Under the pieces are notes generated by a model. The model was given only the letters and a program-made list of their open reading frames with translations, searched no databases and was not told the DNA's origin. Position numbers and translations under genes: made by a program. DNA of 64,000 nucleotides from Haliotis cracherodii (taxonomy: Eukaryota), in NCBI RefSeq assembly GCF_022045235.1, contig NW_027266319.1, positions 37,634,001 to 37,698,000 of the forward strand, given 5' to 3'. This document shows, piece after piece, positions 50,161 to 63,989 of the stretch; position 1 is the stretch's first letter, and each line of letters starts with the position of its first letter.

Positions 50161-51680
50161 AACTAAGCGGCAAAAGAAAGTATAGGTTGGCAATTTGTAA
50201 TTTTCCTAAAAACAGCGATAACGAGTGGAAAGTGGGTACTGGGAATATGGCTGCCCAGGAACAGGTACCAAACAACAGCTCACCTGAACGCGCCACCGTT
50301 GAAGGCGCTCGTGCGGTGACAAAAAAATGATGAAACAGGTTTCCCGTCTATGGCATAAACTGCACGTGCATGTTAGCTGTATCAATGCGTTCGTCTGCAG
50401 GGTATAACCACACGCGATGAAAGCCCACAAGAGAAATGCCACGACTGTCACTGGAGCAGAGAGAGAGCGCCATCGGTATGGCCGAAATGGGGGCAACACA
50501 GGTCAAAATTGCCAGAAGGTTTGGTTGTACACCACTGACAGTAGCCAGGCTGATTCAACGGTACAGGCAGACAGGGAGGAAACAGGAGAGACCAAGAACC
50601 GGACGACCAACTTGAAGACGGCCAGATACGGCTCATTCACCTGCGAAACAGATTCGTAACGGAGACGGTGACGACAGCAACAGCATTGGGACATCCCCTT
50701 AGCCAACGTACAGTACTACGACGACTTCGTGTTGCTGGAATCCGAGCGTATCGTCCTTTCCGAGGAATGGTACTGACGGCTCAGCATCGACGCCTGAGAC
50801 TGCGATGGGCGAGGTAGGTACGACGCTGGCAAGTGAGAAATTGGCGTCGAGTGCTGTTTACTGATGAAAGTCGGTTTAACTTGTTTCGAAATGACGGCAC
50901 AGAACGAGTTTATCGACGCAGAGAGGAACGTTTGGCTCCGGCGTGTATTCGAGAGATCCATCCATTCGGCGGGGGAAGTGTCATGGTGTGGGGCGGGATT
51001 TATGGAGATCAGAAGACTGATTTGGTGATTATACAGGGAAACCTGAACGCTGATCATGAGACCAAGTGTTGCAGCCAGTTGTTCTTCCGTTCTTACAAAA
51101 CCAACAGCAGGGGACATTGTTTCCAACACGACAATGCCAGGCCCATACTGCAAGACTGACTCGGAACTTTCAAAACTAGCAGAGCGTTTGTCCTGGCCGG
51201 CCCACTCACCTGATATGAATCCTATTGAACATCTGTAGGACTATTTTAACAGACAGATTAGGGCACACCATCAGTCTCCCGTCAACAGACAAGAATTGCA
51301 GCAGGCCCCGAGAAACGAGTGGCAACGGATTCCATTCCACGTCATCAGAAGACTGACGTCATCGATGAGGCTGCGTATCACAGCATCCATTGGGGCAGCT
51401 GAAGGTCATACACGCTATTGAAGGCAACTGTGTCGACCATGAACTTGTGGTGTGTCTGACAATTTTTTGATGACATTTCAGACAACTTTTGAAAATGAAA
51501 TTTCTTACCCCACCATTGTTTACCTTGAGCGTACATTACCTGTCATTGCACAATTTCATTCAAACTGTGGTTGATTTGTTACCCATTCCTAGATAATATT
51601 ATAATTCACAACAAAACCTCTTCTTGTTATTTTTTTATCGATCATAGAACTCGACTTATACTTTCTTTTACCGCCCAGTT
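50161..51680 (+). mobile_element. Full-length decayed Tc1 transposon
   Basis: TA-flanked; TIRs AACTAAGCGGCAAAAGAAAGTATAG / CTTATACTTTCTTTTACCGCCCAGTT. Transposase relic MPRLSLEQRESAIGM..LFTDESRF..FQHDNARP..SPDMNPIEHL..GHTRY*. Confidence 0.93.
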
Positions 51681-52380
51681 TATCAAGGATTATAATCAAT
51701 ACCGTCACAGAGATATGTTTCATATGTGTTTGTCAGGTTGTTGTTAAACGCCAGACTAAGCAATATATCAGCTGTATGACGGCTGCCTGTAAATAAACGA
51801 ATCTGGACCAGACAAACCAGTGATTGGTAATATTAGCAACGATCCACGCATTCTGGGTACGTTGTCAGGCTATCAACTAAGTCACCGAGCCTGACTAATC
51901 CTAACTCGAATCCACGAAGCCGGTTCTTGGATTCGAACCACCGACCAGTAGGCTATCGCTGCTAAAGGAGACAACTCCGCCCAGTCGTGATGTGATTATA
52001 ATATATCCTAAAAACTTTCGTTATCGCGGTGAATCAATGCTGATATCACTTTATCTACGTATCTGTCATTGAACATGTCATCAGAACCATCGAGGATCTT
52101 TAGGAGGAGCTGGTGACACAGGGCATCATCATCCATAATCCACAGATCAAATTGTCCGACCATGAAGCAGAGTACATGAGTGAGTGAGTAAATGTTGCTT
52201 TAAACCGCATCAGCATTATTCCAGCTATTCGCGGTTTCCCTCGTTTTCAGAAACTTGCATATGTTAGTAATGTCTTCTCTTGAGTCACTTGAGAGTTGCA
52301 CAGTTGGCTGTTGTCTGAAGGTACACCCAGACACATGATGTCTGGCATTAGGCACAGTTTGGTGTGAAAAAACAATAGCC

Positions 52381-52493
52381 CAGGGCCCACTTGCACAAAG
52401 CGATCCTAGCGCTACAACTATTGTAAGCCTATGTTAAAGTATGGGAGTTACGATCATCTTAGCGCTAAGATCGCTTTGTGCAAGTGGGCCCTG
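52381..52493. mobile_element. Small hairpin MITE (PIF/Harbinger-like GGCCC termini)
   Basis: TIR CAGGGCCCACTTGCACAAAGCGATC. Diverged relative at 47711-47825. Confidence 0.75.
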
Positions 52494-53831
52494 GAGCTTC
52501 ATGCCGTGTATGTGTGTGTGATGCGTATGTGACGTGGAATTGGCGGTTTCTTACACACTAGTTGGTATGGTTGGCTACTCCATGGTGATGAACTGAGGTC
52601 AGATTATGACGAACTACTTTCCTGGTTGTAATTCATTGATAAGTTACTCGTGCTTCAGTCAATTTCACCAACGTCTATATCGAAACCTGTTTTGGTTTTA
52701 CAGTGTTTTATAATTCTTGATCTTGTCTGGTTTTCTTTATCATCATCTCTTTCGTGGACTAAATGTGTCTCCAGAAGAAAGTGAATGTTTTCAATTTATT
52801 GTGAATTTTGTAAACTCAATCGATGACTTTCTGTTTGAATCTGTGAATGACATGTATGACCTTGATAGTGTATGCTTTCCAAAAACGTAAATGCAAAGGT
52901 GATATGGAAAGAGTTAATTTAAATTATTTTTCAGAAACTGTGTTAGGTTGTAACATTTTTACCAACAAAATGATCTTTTACGTTAATGGACAGGATTCAG
53001 CGTGTCAAAACGCATTGTTTTGAATTGTGTAATGCAGAACTGTTTGCAATATCCACGTGCAATGTGGGGGAATCGTTTACAGTGATTTTGTTTATTTACA
53101 AATGTAATGAAACGTAAATTCTCCCTACCTAACATGAAGGGACGTTTCACCACCCTTTGTAATCGCTAATTAAAAGTTCCGTGTTTGCAAAATCTTAAAA
53201 ATATATACAAAAGTAGGAAAATATGTTTCATGTAAAACAATAATACGTTTGAGATATGATTTTATACATTATCAACTTCAAAATATTCTTAAAATCTACG
53301 AGACTGTTGTTTGAATCGAAAGAATACTCGCTGGTCAAGCAACAAAAATGGTGCTTTGCGAAACGAACAGTCTCGATTGACGAGTTAAATGAGAAATGTA
53401 CAGTTCATAACGAAAAAATTTCAAGAGAATAACAAACGACAAGAAGCGATATCAACTCCCATAACTCATTATTTTAGTAACTATGGAACTCGCGTAAATA
53501 GGAAGTCAACAGTTTGTGTACGGAGCAGACACTAACGATAAAGGGAGATAAGTTTCGGGGAGGTAACTCTTGTGAGACAATAGTTCCGTCAAAGTCCTAA
53601 ATAAAAGTGTCAAAGTAAAATATCAAGTGTTATGTTCACTGCAATGAAAATATCGCATTTCTCAACTTCAGAAAACTCAGTTTTTCTTAATGATGCATGT
53701 AATAATAATAACACTTTACCTTATTATATGATTCTTATAAACTCATAATACATGGTTATCTGTTTGTGCAATATTTCTTAGATACCCATGCAAATACATC
53801 TGATTGATGCTTCAAGGCAAGAGTTCCTTAA

Positions 53832-56686
53832 CCTTACCCCACTAACTTTTTGCAATCGCTTTATCCCGGGCTTGTAAGGCTCAGTATCTTTTATTGTTTT
53901 CTACTTGCCACACATGAAGGAGCTCACAGTACAGTTAGCACAGGTATTGGACACTACTCTCAGTACACAATCATGGAGCCACAACAGAGTGAAGTTCAAG
54001 CTGAAGGGTAAGTATAGGTATTATATTTCCAATTTAATTTCGAGTTTGTCACTCATATATAAATGGTGTTTTGACAAAACATGATGATTGAAAGGTCCTA
54101 TTTATAGATTAACTGTGCATGCCGGAGAGAGTGTTGCAAAGAATAGTTCTACAGTTTTGCTGTGAATGAGAGAGAGACAGAGCGGTGAGAGAAAGATAGA
54201 ATCACAGGGAGCACAACGTATATTCATAGCAGCAAAGGGAGACAGAGTCGGAAGAATTCAGAGAAAGGTGGATAATGTTCTGATAGTATTTCATCCCTTG
54301 CAGCATCTGTGTAGTCATGGCACGACCGGGAACTACATCGGTTTACCCAGTGAAGATCCTTCATGTTGTCAGAGGCAGCTTCCCGGACAAAACAGCTGGT
54401 GCATACAATGATCAGTATGATGGATCGAAATCGTCAATGAGTAATGTACTTTAATGACATGTACTTTAACTTTAGGTGAAAAATGTCAAAAAAGCTACTT
54501 CAACATATTCCTTGCCTGTTGCAGTTTCTCCATCTCACACTTCGGCAGATGATAGAATTTCAGTGGAGAGAGTCCCAGCAGACTGCACAGCACGCAAGGG
54601 ACATGCCTCTGGTGGCAGATACAAACCCTCCTGAGCGAAACAGCCTCCAATTATCCGAAAAAGTTTTGTAAACAAAAGTTCTTGGAGATGGTAATGTTTA
54701 ATTCAGATTAAAGTACATTGTAAATTTGTTCTACTGAAAATAAAATGTGAACTAAAGTAATTACATTCTTTGAAAAGTTATATTTATTTGGACGATATGG
54801 ACGTTATCTCATCTGATACAGAATACACTCTGTTTCGTGTTCATGGACTACATGTCTGTTGGCACTTCCGGTCTTTCTTACTGCTGCATATGCAACGTCG
54901 CTGACGTCTCTTTGGGCTCGAAGAACCATCTGAAGTAGCACCTGCAGGTGTAGCAATGAATGATGTTACTTTTGCCTGTGTCTGGGAAACTGGGATCTCC
55001 TCTCTAAATGTGGCAGAAACAAACTCTCGGCAACAGACCAGGGAAAGATTTTTCTGTGATATTTGGACGTTGTCTGCCACAGTGGATATTTCAGATTCCA
55101 ACCGACGTAGGCAGCAATCCCACCAATGTCCAGCATATTCATCGCCATAGGCCATCTTTTGGTTTTCCTCTTGGTTGTATAGGTGTGTGCCATCTGATCC
55201 ATGGTATCAAAACCACCTTTTGTACTGTTGCAGTTGGTACAAAAATCAGGTTTCCCTTTGTCTGATGTATCCACTGCATCAGTTTGATCAATTGTGCTAG
55301 GAAGGGTCACAGTTTTTTATTATTGCTCTGATAGGTGACAATGGCAGCCTTCTTTTGAAAACCTGATGGAAGAAAACGGTTGTTTTGATGGACTGTTACC
55401 ACAAGAGTAATCCATTTGAAACCAGTTCAAATCCAAGAGCATAGTTAGTAAAACAAGTTGTCAGCTGTAATATTTCTGTTGTTCTAAAGAATGGCCGGCA
55501 AAGCTGTATTGTGATCTGACGTCGAAAGTCAACTTGTACAGTCCTCCCTTCTTTACCTAGGTACGGGAGACATTTCAAAGGGCAATAGTACAGAACAGGT
55601 TTATGCCATATCTGTCTGGTTTTGCAGGTATATATTGGACAAATGTACATCTTCCTCTAAATGGAACCAACTGTTCATCTACAGTAAAGTTCTGACCCGG
55701 ATTGTAGTGTGTGCACAGAATACTCTCAAAGGCATCCAAGACATCTCCAATAGCAGCCAGTTTACCTTTGGCACGGCGACTCCTTGTCTCTTTGTCCTCA
55801 AAGCTAAGGTTACTCATCAGCACCAGCTTGAGACAATGTTGCTCTCACAATTGGTGTACCATATCACTTACTCCAGATAATGTCCTAACCATTGTTCGTT
55901 TAAGATAGCCACTTGTAATAAATATTCCGATCAGAGCCCACACATTTCCAGTCACTTTCATTTTTGCCCCTTTCTATCATTGTCGTCTTTCCTTCAATAT
56001 TTGTGCAAGTCACTGTAGTTGTGATCATATCAGTGGTGGATAGCTTGTACATATCTGCCCCTTGCAAAACATGATCGGTATTTCGAACCTTTCGCTGAGG
56101 ACCACGTAAATTGTTCCTTTCGGGTATTTTCAGAGACTGAACTGGAGTGTCGGAGACCACAAGTTGCCATCTTGTGCTTCAAACAGCTCTCCACTGTCAA
56201 AACGTCAGACGACTCATCATCTGAACCAGAGCAATCAGAAGTATCCGTTTTAGATGTATCATGGGGTACAAAGTCACTGTCAAATCCAATATCTACAGAT
56301 AAAAACACATTTTCGGTTTCTTCATGTGGAATACTTTTCGCAAATGTTTCAAATAAGCGTCTGTTCCTTGTGAGGTCACTCATAGTGATCGATGCAGACC
56401 ACATTGGTGAAATGAAGACTTAAGCATTTGAGATCTCTTCAGCAGAAAATAACCAATATACCCGGGCTTCAGGAACAATGATAGTGCATATCATTCTTTT
56501 GCATTAATATATATTCAGTGTACGAGAAACCAAATTCCGAAGTAGGCTGTTAAAGTGTAACACGCCTATGGTGACGAATACATGGGAATCGCAAGCTGAT
56601 AAGTCAAAACGTAGAGGTTTGGTAACAAGTTGTGGGTCGCCATTTGCCTTGGAGTGCCTTGGAGGACCCAAGTAATGGGGTAAGGG
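53832..56686 (-). mobile_element. Full-length decayed piggyBac transposon
   Basis: TTAA|CCTTACCCCA ... TGGGGTAAGGG|TTAA. Relics FTVDEQLVPFRGRC..YIPAKPDRYGI, NSTKGGFDTMDQM..KRWP, Cys-rich C-terminus, acidic N-terminus. Confidence 0.92.
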
Positions 56687-57067
56687 TTAACCCAGACTTT
56701 GTCGAAGCACTGCTTTGAATTGCTTTCAGCTTTTATATTAAATATGGCTTAGAAAGGAGAAAATGTAAAAATTGTTAATATGTTGTGAAACTTAAAGAAT
56801 GCATTCCCTCAAGAAAATAGAATCAAAAGGAACCTACGAAGGGAAATCTCAAAGTATGACTTCGCGTTGTGGGGGACACTCCCTTAAGTGTTCATATGCA
56901 CGGTAGTTATGTTAAACCATTACATATAATCATGTTTCTATACAGATGTGTTATGAACAGTAATATTACTTATACACACGGTTTTGTAAGAAGAAAATGC
57001 CCCATACAAATATTTATTATATAATGAGTGAGTGGGTATAGTTTTACTCCGTCTTTAGCTATATTCT

Positions 57068-57670
57068 ATCAATCAATCAATATTTTATTCAGTGTGAAGG
57101 CCATAGGAGCATATACAAATACAAGTTTATGGTAGTGGCAAAAGACATAATCTTAAATATTGCTTAACAAATACTTTCTTCTTTCATACGCATGATCAAT
57201 AAACAGGCATAGTAATTTTTATTTGTTTTCTATCGTCTGTAGCAATTTTTTTTAAATGTATGCGTATTTACATTAGTAATACGTGTCTTTGGTAGATATT
57301 TAGTTATTATCAAAAGTAGCACATACAAGTAGAAAGTGATATTCGTCTATTATCCATCGATCACGTAAAGCACAGTTTGTCATGCATATATCGATTTTTT
57401 TGCCACCAACCTTCATTATTTCCCAACCGTAAAAGTCCCCCTCTAAACTTCACTAAAATATTTAAAAGCTTTAATTCGCCAATTGCATAAAGATGTTTTT
57501 CTGGTTGTAACAGACTTTTATATTCCATATAAAGATTATATCTTAAACCGTTATTAATAGTAGATATCCAATTTTGATGAATCGTATCAATAGCACAATC
57601 TTCCAACATACTTATTATACATTTTAATCTCCAACTGTTTATCACAGCCAAAAAAACCAAAACCATGAGA
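57068..57670 (-). mobile_element. LINE 3' fragment with (ATTG)n tail
   Basis: Y..YKSLLQPEKHL..LVKFRGGLLRL..NEG followed by a Cys/His remnant; microsatellite tail at about 57068-57082. Confidence 0.7.
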
Positions 57671-58008
57671 ACATTGTAGATATCTAATATTCAGTTATTA
57701 TTCAGGTACTTTGAATCTATTGAATCTATGTATATGTAGAATGCAATACCAGAGCTACTGACATCGGAAACGTGTATCTTTTCCGTATATTGTCAACATA
57801 AGATCTACACACATGCAGGGATGGTAACATAAGTCATGATTCCATTTCGATGTAGAAAGAGGGTGAGAGTTGTGGAAAGAAGCTCTATAAACATTTCGAT
57901 GTAGAAAGAGGGTGAGAGTTGTGGAAAGAAGCTCTATAAACATTCAAGTTGTGCAAACAGTGACAACGGTCTGTCGCGTTCATTCGGCTGGTATTGTCAA
58001 CTCCAGCC

Positions 58009-61000
58009 CTAGTGGACTTCCCCTGCCTGTGCATAAGGGCTGGTATTTTCAATTTCTTCATATGTGCTTTCCGTAGCTGGATCCCTGGTCTTCTCATCCA
58101 GAGATATGTAGTTATCTTCGGGCTTCTTTTGTGAAGCAGACAGTTGACGCTTCAGTCTGAAATATACAGCAATAAGCTAGTAACGCTATCAATTTCAAGA
58201 TGATTTGTTGCATTTATATCACTTTACGATTATTGAATAGGTAGCAATAGGTAGCAACACAACCCTTATTAGTTTCACTGAAATGCAACCGATCATATGT
58301 AAATCCTGCTCCTGTATATTTTGAACAAAACTGCAACCAGTGTATTCAATATCAATGTAAGGAGACGGTGTGGTAAGTGACTTTTAATCAATCATAATAT
58401 TTTTCAATCAATCAATACAATTTTCGCCAACTACACAATATATATTCGTATATGTTTGTACCAACTGATACCTTCCTAAAATCTTGACATGAATTTACAT
58501 ATTTGTATATGATTTTATCGTGTAGATCTAAACAATGAAGGTCGGGTTGAAATTTGAAACAAGGTTGTCAAGTTATTCATAGGAGAACACAAGAAAAATA
58601 ATATTCTTCGACGTATCGACGGCAATATGATAAATAGTATAATTCAGTATAAGTCTCTAATACACAATTAGCTAAGAAGCAGTTAATGTTGCTCAATATT
58701 ATGAATCCTCTTTTTATGTTCATGATATTTTATCTTTAACACATTACACGATCCCTACCTTCTGATGTAAAAGATGGACGTCAACAGAGCGATGACAGCC
58801 AAGACGAGAAGTGTACCGAATGTTGCTACAACTGGTGCTTCCCGGCTTAAACATCCTGGTGTTGCCGGACACACTGTACAACATTGTTATTAAAACAAAT
58901 ATGGTGTTCATATTCTTTAATATTTTGTGTAGTTCTTACAGCTTTAATCGTGTGTTTGTTTGTCTGTTGTATTCCAGCTATATGACGGCAGACTGTAAAT
59001 AATCGAGTATGGGCCAAACACTCCAGCGATTGACATCATGAGCATCGATCTACGCCTTTGAGATACGATGACATTCGTCAAACAAGTCTGCGAGCCTGAC
59101 CACCCGATCCCGTTAGTCGCCTCTTACGACAAGCATGGGTTGCTGAAGACCGATTCTTACCCGGATCTTCACGGGTACTGTTCTTTTGGTGATATATGCG
59201 TCTTTTATCACACAAATTAACTGTTCCTGTAATCTCTTATTGAAAGGGAAAAGTACATGATGTATGTCATATATCTTGTAATGAACTTGTGCTGGAGTCC
59301 TTAGAGTTGCCTTGATATGTCTTGCGAAGTTCCTTTCAAAGAGTAGTACGAGAATCAACAAATTATTTTACAATATTGATCTACTTATCAAGCATCAGGA
59401 TGACTGAGGAAAATTTGTAAATAGTTGACTTCAAAATTAAAAAAGAGAATGAAAACGTCTATCTTTTCTTCCTATGGCTTGTTGCGTGTTCCTACCTTGG
59501 CACAGGGGCTTCATGAAGTTGCCCTGACATCCTTCAGCACACTCCCCACTGGACTTCTCACAGGTCCGGGCGTCTTTACACTGACCACATCGCGACATGC
59601 AGTCATCCCCGTACATTCCATCAACGCATTCTGGCGAGTAGACGACATATACTTTTCATCTATTCACTTTACTTTATGATATACTGGCAAGACTATAGCG
59701 ACCAGGGCAAGGAGAGTTGTTTTGTGCAAAAAGAGAGAACAGTAACATCCATCACATTGCATCCCACCTTTACAAGTGGGTTCTTGAAACCCTGGCTGAC
59801 ATCCCTGGTCGCATGTTCCATTGATCTTGTTACAAGGCAGGTTTCCTTTACATTGACCACACTCGGACTGACAGTGGTGTCCATGACGACCGTCACTGCA
59901 AGCTGTAAGAAACAATATCTGAAATCCTCAAGGACATTTCAATGACATCTTTTCACAGACATCAGTGCCCAGACAGTGACCCAGTGAGACGGGCAGATGA
60001 TGTCCGTCGAGGCATGTGGCAGTGAAATGAATATTCATCCAATGTTTCAAATCCTCCGGATACGTCGTTTGATATCTGGCCCCGAGCGCTACGCGGGGAA
60101 TTTGTCCGTGTATTTCTATCTACTCCCGTCCTTAAGCAATTAAGATGTTCGTGATTTAAAACTTTCTCTTTTCTTCTATGTGGACTCCAGTATTGCATGT
60201 AGTTGCAAAGACCTTGTAATTACATTTATGGTGACGTGGGCAAGACTTTGGATAAAAAAGTAGTTTGTGGAAGATGTAATACCCAAAATCAACACTCATC
60301 ACATAGCCCTTGTAAATGCACTGAACAGTTCTAACAACAGTTTGAATGTGACACATCAGTCAGATGAGTAATTATTTAGAATCAAGAAAGTACCTAAATT
60401 GTGCAGTGCTGCTTTCAAAAGAAGTCACTTCTTTATCCATAATCAGAATCCATATTTCTTTACCACATTAGGAAGCTATTTTACATGTCGTTATTGGAAA
60501 AATAAACTGTGTTCATGTCACCGGGTCGTTATTTTTCTGGTGTCTCGGTCTCGTGCCGCTCCACGGTTTTATTTCCGACACCGCTCGGCTAATTCCGGCG
60601 GTCGTAGGTGTACAGTGTCATTACATTCTGTGTTAGGAATTTAGTGGCCCAACCATTTCATTCTCTTGTGATCTCATGAGGGGTACTCAAAGTACGTGAT
60701 CTAGACTACAAGTTGTCGGACTCTCGTTTTTGTGGAAGTCTCGGTGGCTGAGTGGGTTAGATCGCTGACTTTGTGTGCTGGAGACTAGGTGCCTCACTCT
60801 GGCAAGTGTGGGTTCGTAAGTATGATTTTCAAACATTAGGGGAATTTATATGTACACTGAGATATTTCTCATGTATTTACGATCACTTCTGCCTCCTCAG
60901 TAATTGTACATAGCTTGTTGCAAATCTTTAATGCTACCGTTGGATAGCTTATGTTCGGCGCTTTATTTTGATACTTACATCTTCAGTATAAATATAGTAG

Positions 61001-63989
61001 TTAGTTTGCAATTTGAGTTGTCCCCATGTTTAGAAACAAACGTTGGCTAAGTGCCCTAGTATATTCGTTTGGACCGTTGGTACGGATCGGTGTGCTAGCT
61101 TGGGGTCACGGTGGAAACTCAGGTTTCGTTAGTAAGTGATTTCGGGGCCCTTTTTTATCTTCTACTGACTCACTCTGGTTGTATTGAGATAAACGTAATT
61201 ACTAGGGTTTCCCATACTCGTATTTTCTACTACTCCGTGGATAACCAACATCGCCTTGATTGTCTAGCTACAAGTTACTTAGTAGCTGGTGTTTCCAATA
61301 CTCCGTTTTCTAGTAATCCCAGGATAACCAAGCTTGGCCCCTGATTGTCTAGTTATTTGAGAATTTTGGTATTTCCTTGTTCAGTCAAAATGACTCAGTC
61401 GATCAGACCAGTTTGATATTCAGACGTACTCGTCTATTTTGTAGTCGTGTAAGTTTATTTCCCGTTATTTAACCCAGGCGAGGTTTTTCACTCATTAGAG
61501 TGTTAAGTTGATTGACTCAGGTGTTAATTTGACGCAGCCGACTTAATTGGCTGTTTAATTATCTGGTCGGTGTCTTGTCAAAATGTTTTAACTGATCTCA
61601 TTTTATTGCTGCAATACAGTTGCTTAGCTGTGCCACATGTGTTTTTTCTCTGAATTAATTAATCAGTGATCTTTGTCAGCGCAGATTGGGTTTATCTGAT
61701 CTATTATTGTCATCTATTAGTACATTTAGCTGTAATTGATAAACGTGTGAAGCTATTACCACGTTTTCATTATTAATTTATTATTATTTAATGACACTCC
61801 TGATCATTGGAGCAAAGCTCCGTGGCAATTCACATTTCACATTATTCAAGAGAGTTGTACAGTTATGAATATAAGTAGTTATTCTGTGACGGAACTTTGT
61901 ACGGCGTCGATCTTACGTCAACTGTGTAACAGCTATGTGTCCTATATTCATGATCAGTGACATCTGTATCTATTGTTTGTTAGAAGCCCTTTAAAAGTTG
62001 ATTCGTGGTTGCAATGTAAAATGTGGCAATGCAGCACACCAGATAGTGAGTGAGTGAGTTAATGCTTTACGTCACATCGGCAATATTTCAGCCATATCGT
62101 GACGACACACCAGATAGTGGAGTTATACAGGTATAAATATACCGCCAGAACATAGAACGACTGCGATTCTCCGACAATGGTACAACGACTATTGCTCCTA
62201 TATTTTTGTCATCTACATCTATAGTTCGTGAAAACCCTTTATAAAAAGGGTCCGGCAATGCAGACCATTCTCTACCTAAAAGGCGAGTTGGCATGAAATA
62301 AGAGCAGATGCTCATAGTGCATGTGTGGCAAAGGTGAGACCCCTGGAAGGGTGTTAAAGGCTGTGTAATGATGTCTGGCCTGACGAAACCAGTTGGTGTC
62401 TTGGCTGATGACTCAAGGAGATTTGACTTAAAGAAAGTTCAAATGCCTAAATTGCATACGGGGATGGTTCCATTCCATTGGAGTAGCAGTTCAGTTTCTC
62501 TGACGTGTGTCGTATGGTGGCAATGAGAGCTTGATGTTGCGTACTATGGCTGGAGTGTCAGCTGCCATGTCATGAGCGAGTGGGCAACCATCGGAAGAGT
62601 GACAAGATGGCATGCCACTAATAGACAGACTACAGGCTTTGTCATGTGTTTTGCATATTCGTGTATGTGTTGTTCTTTGTACCAGTGTCATTGGCCATAT
62701 CACTAGAACTTGAAACCAAAGAAGTAAAACAATTCTGCTTAAATGCATCTGATAATTCACTGCCTTGGAAACAAAGTTGTATCCTTCGACAATACTGAAA
62801 GCTATTCCTGACATTGTATTTGTGTTGGCATTTAACATATGTTAGTATATAGGATATGACATGAGATGAGTTGGTTCAGTACTGTTTGGAATTAGATTCA
62901 TGAGCTCTGGCTATCTATGTGGCTATGATGCATACTAGTATATTCTTCGTCTGTATCATCTTTATCATATCTGAAATGAACCAAGGGTGTGTAAATACAA
63001 TGACGAAAAGTTAACGCTACATGTACCTAATTCTCTCCTTGGGCATTCCTGCGGACCGTTTGTGAAAAAGACGGTGGATCTTAGTGGGTTGAACCTGTAG
63101 ATCTCTCGCTACTCGTGTTGCCGTAACACCAGCTTCAATAATGCCCAATACTCGATGACAATTGTTTATGACTAATCCGAGCATGGTGCATTCAAAGAAC
63201 TAGCTGACGTGTGTTGCAACGTTTCGCTTTTATGAGTACCTTCAACACCCAAAATTGCATATTGCACATTTAAAACATGCATGTTGTTCTCGGAAGGTGC
63301 TCAGAAAGACACGTGTTGGCTAATCTGACGCATGGATGTGAAAAGATGTTATTCTATCAAAGTGTGTGTTTTGTTGTGCAAATAAATAACCATTATTAGA
63401 TATTAATGAGGTTGAGAGTTGCAATATAACACTTGCTTATCTTTTGGAACTTAGTGGAACTTGTAAAGGGATGCACGTGAGCGTCTAGGAGGACACAAAT
63501 AAGATATCACAATAGAGTATGTGGGTCACATTCTTTATCATATTGTCCGAAAGCGTTACCGATAATGAAGACAGAGGTCTTATTTGAGGCATCAAATATT
63601 CATTGTACATCGATGTAATGACTGATAAGATTAATTAAATCTTTACAAGGAAAATGGCAAATTAAATTATTTACCAGAATGATCATTTTTCTCTCATCAA
63701 GTATCCCCAAAAAGTAGTCTGAATTCGTTTAAGTAACAACAATGTGAACAAAAAGGTTGAAACACTGTCTGTTATGCAAAAGTAACCACATTATATTATA
63801 CTTTATAAATAAAACCTGTAAATAAATTAATGCAGAATGCAATATACTCACAACTCAAGCACGTATCAGTGGTCCACCCTGGTGCACATCCTCTCGGACA
63901 TGTTCCTGTGGTCTTGACACATACATCTCCATTTTGGCAGTTTCCGCACTGGGAGGAGCAGTTGATACCATAGGAGCCGTCTTGACAAG
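58009..63989 (-). CDS. Gene C (5' end outside window): EGF-repeat receptor with ITAM-like tail; exons 63852-63989, 59768-59902, 59496-59630, 58759-58873, 58009-58156
   Basis: EGF exons CQDGSYGINCSSQCGNC.., CSDGRHGHHCQSECGQC.., CVDGMYGDDCMSRCGQC... TM exon VCPATPGCLSREAPVVATFGTLLVLAVIALLTSIFYIRR. Tail LKRQLSASQKKPEDNYISLDEKTRDPATESTYEEIENTSPYAQAGEVH*. Canonical splice sites. Confidence 0.88.
58945..59175 (-). mobile_element. SINE family A in gene C intron
   Basis: Reverse complement of the family A consensus. Confidence 0.85.
59920..60018 (-). pseudogene. Decayed EGF exon relic in gene C
   Basis: CLDGH..GHCLGTDVCEK..KCP*G, with deletions and a stop; same type as gene B CPDGRYG exons. Confidence 0.6.
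63040..63457 (-). mobile_element. Tc1 5' remnant
   Basis: MLGL..RVLGIIEAGVTATRVARDL resembles the N-terminal HTH of the other Tc1 copies. Confidence 0.55.

Noticed and set aside
62100-63000. Possible LINE ORF1/endonuclease relic
   Set aside because: Too degraded to identify catalytic motifs reliably.
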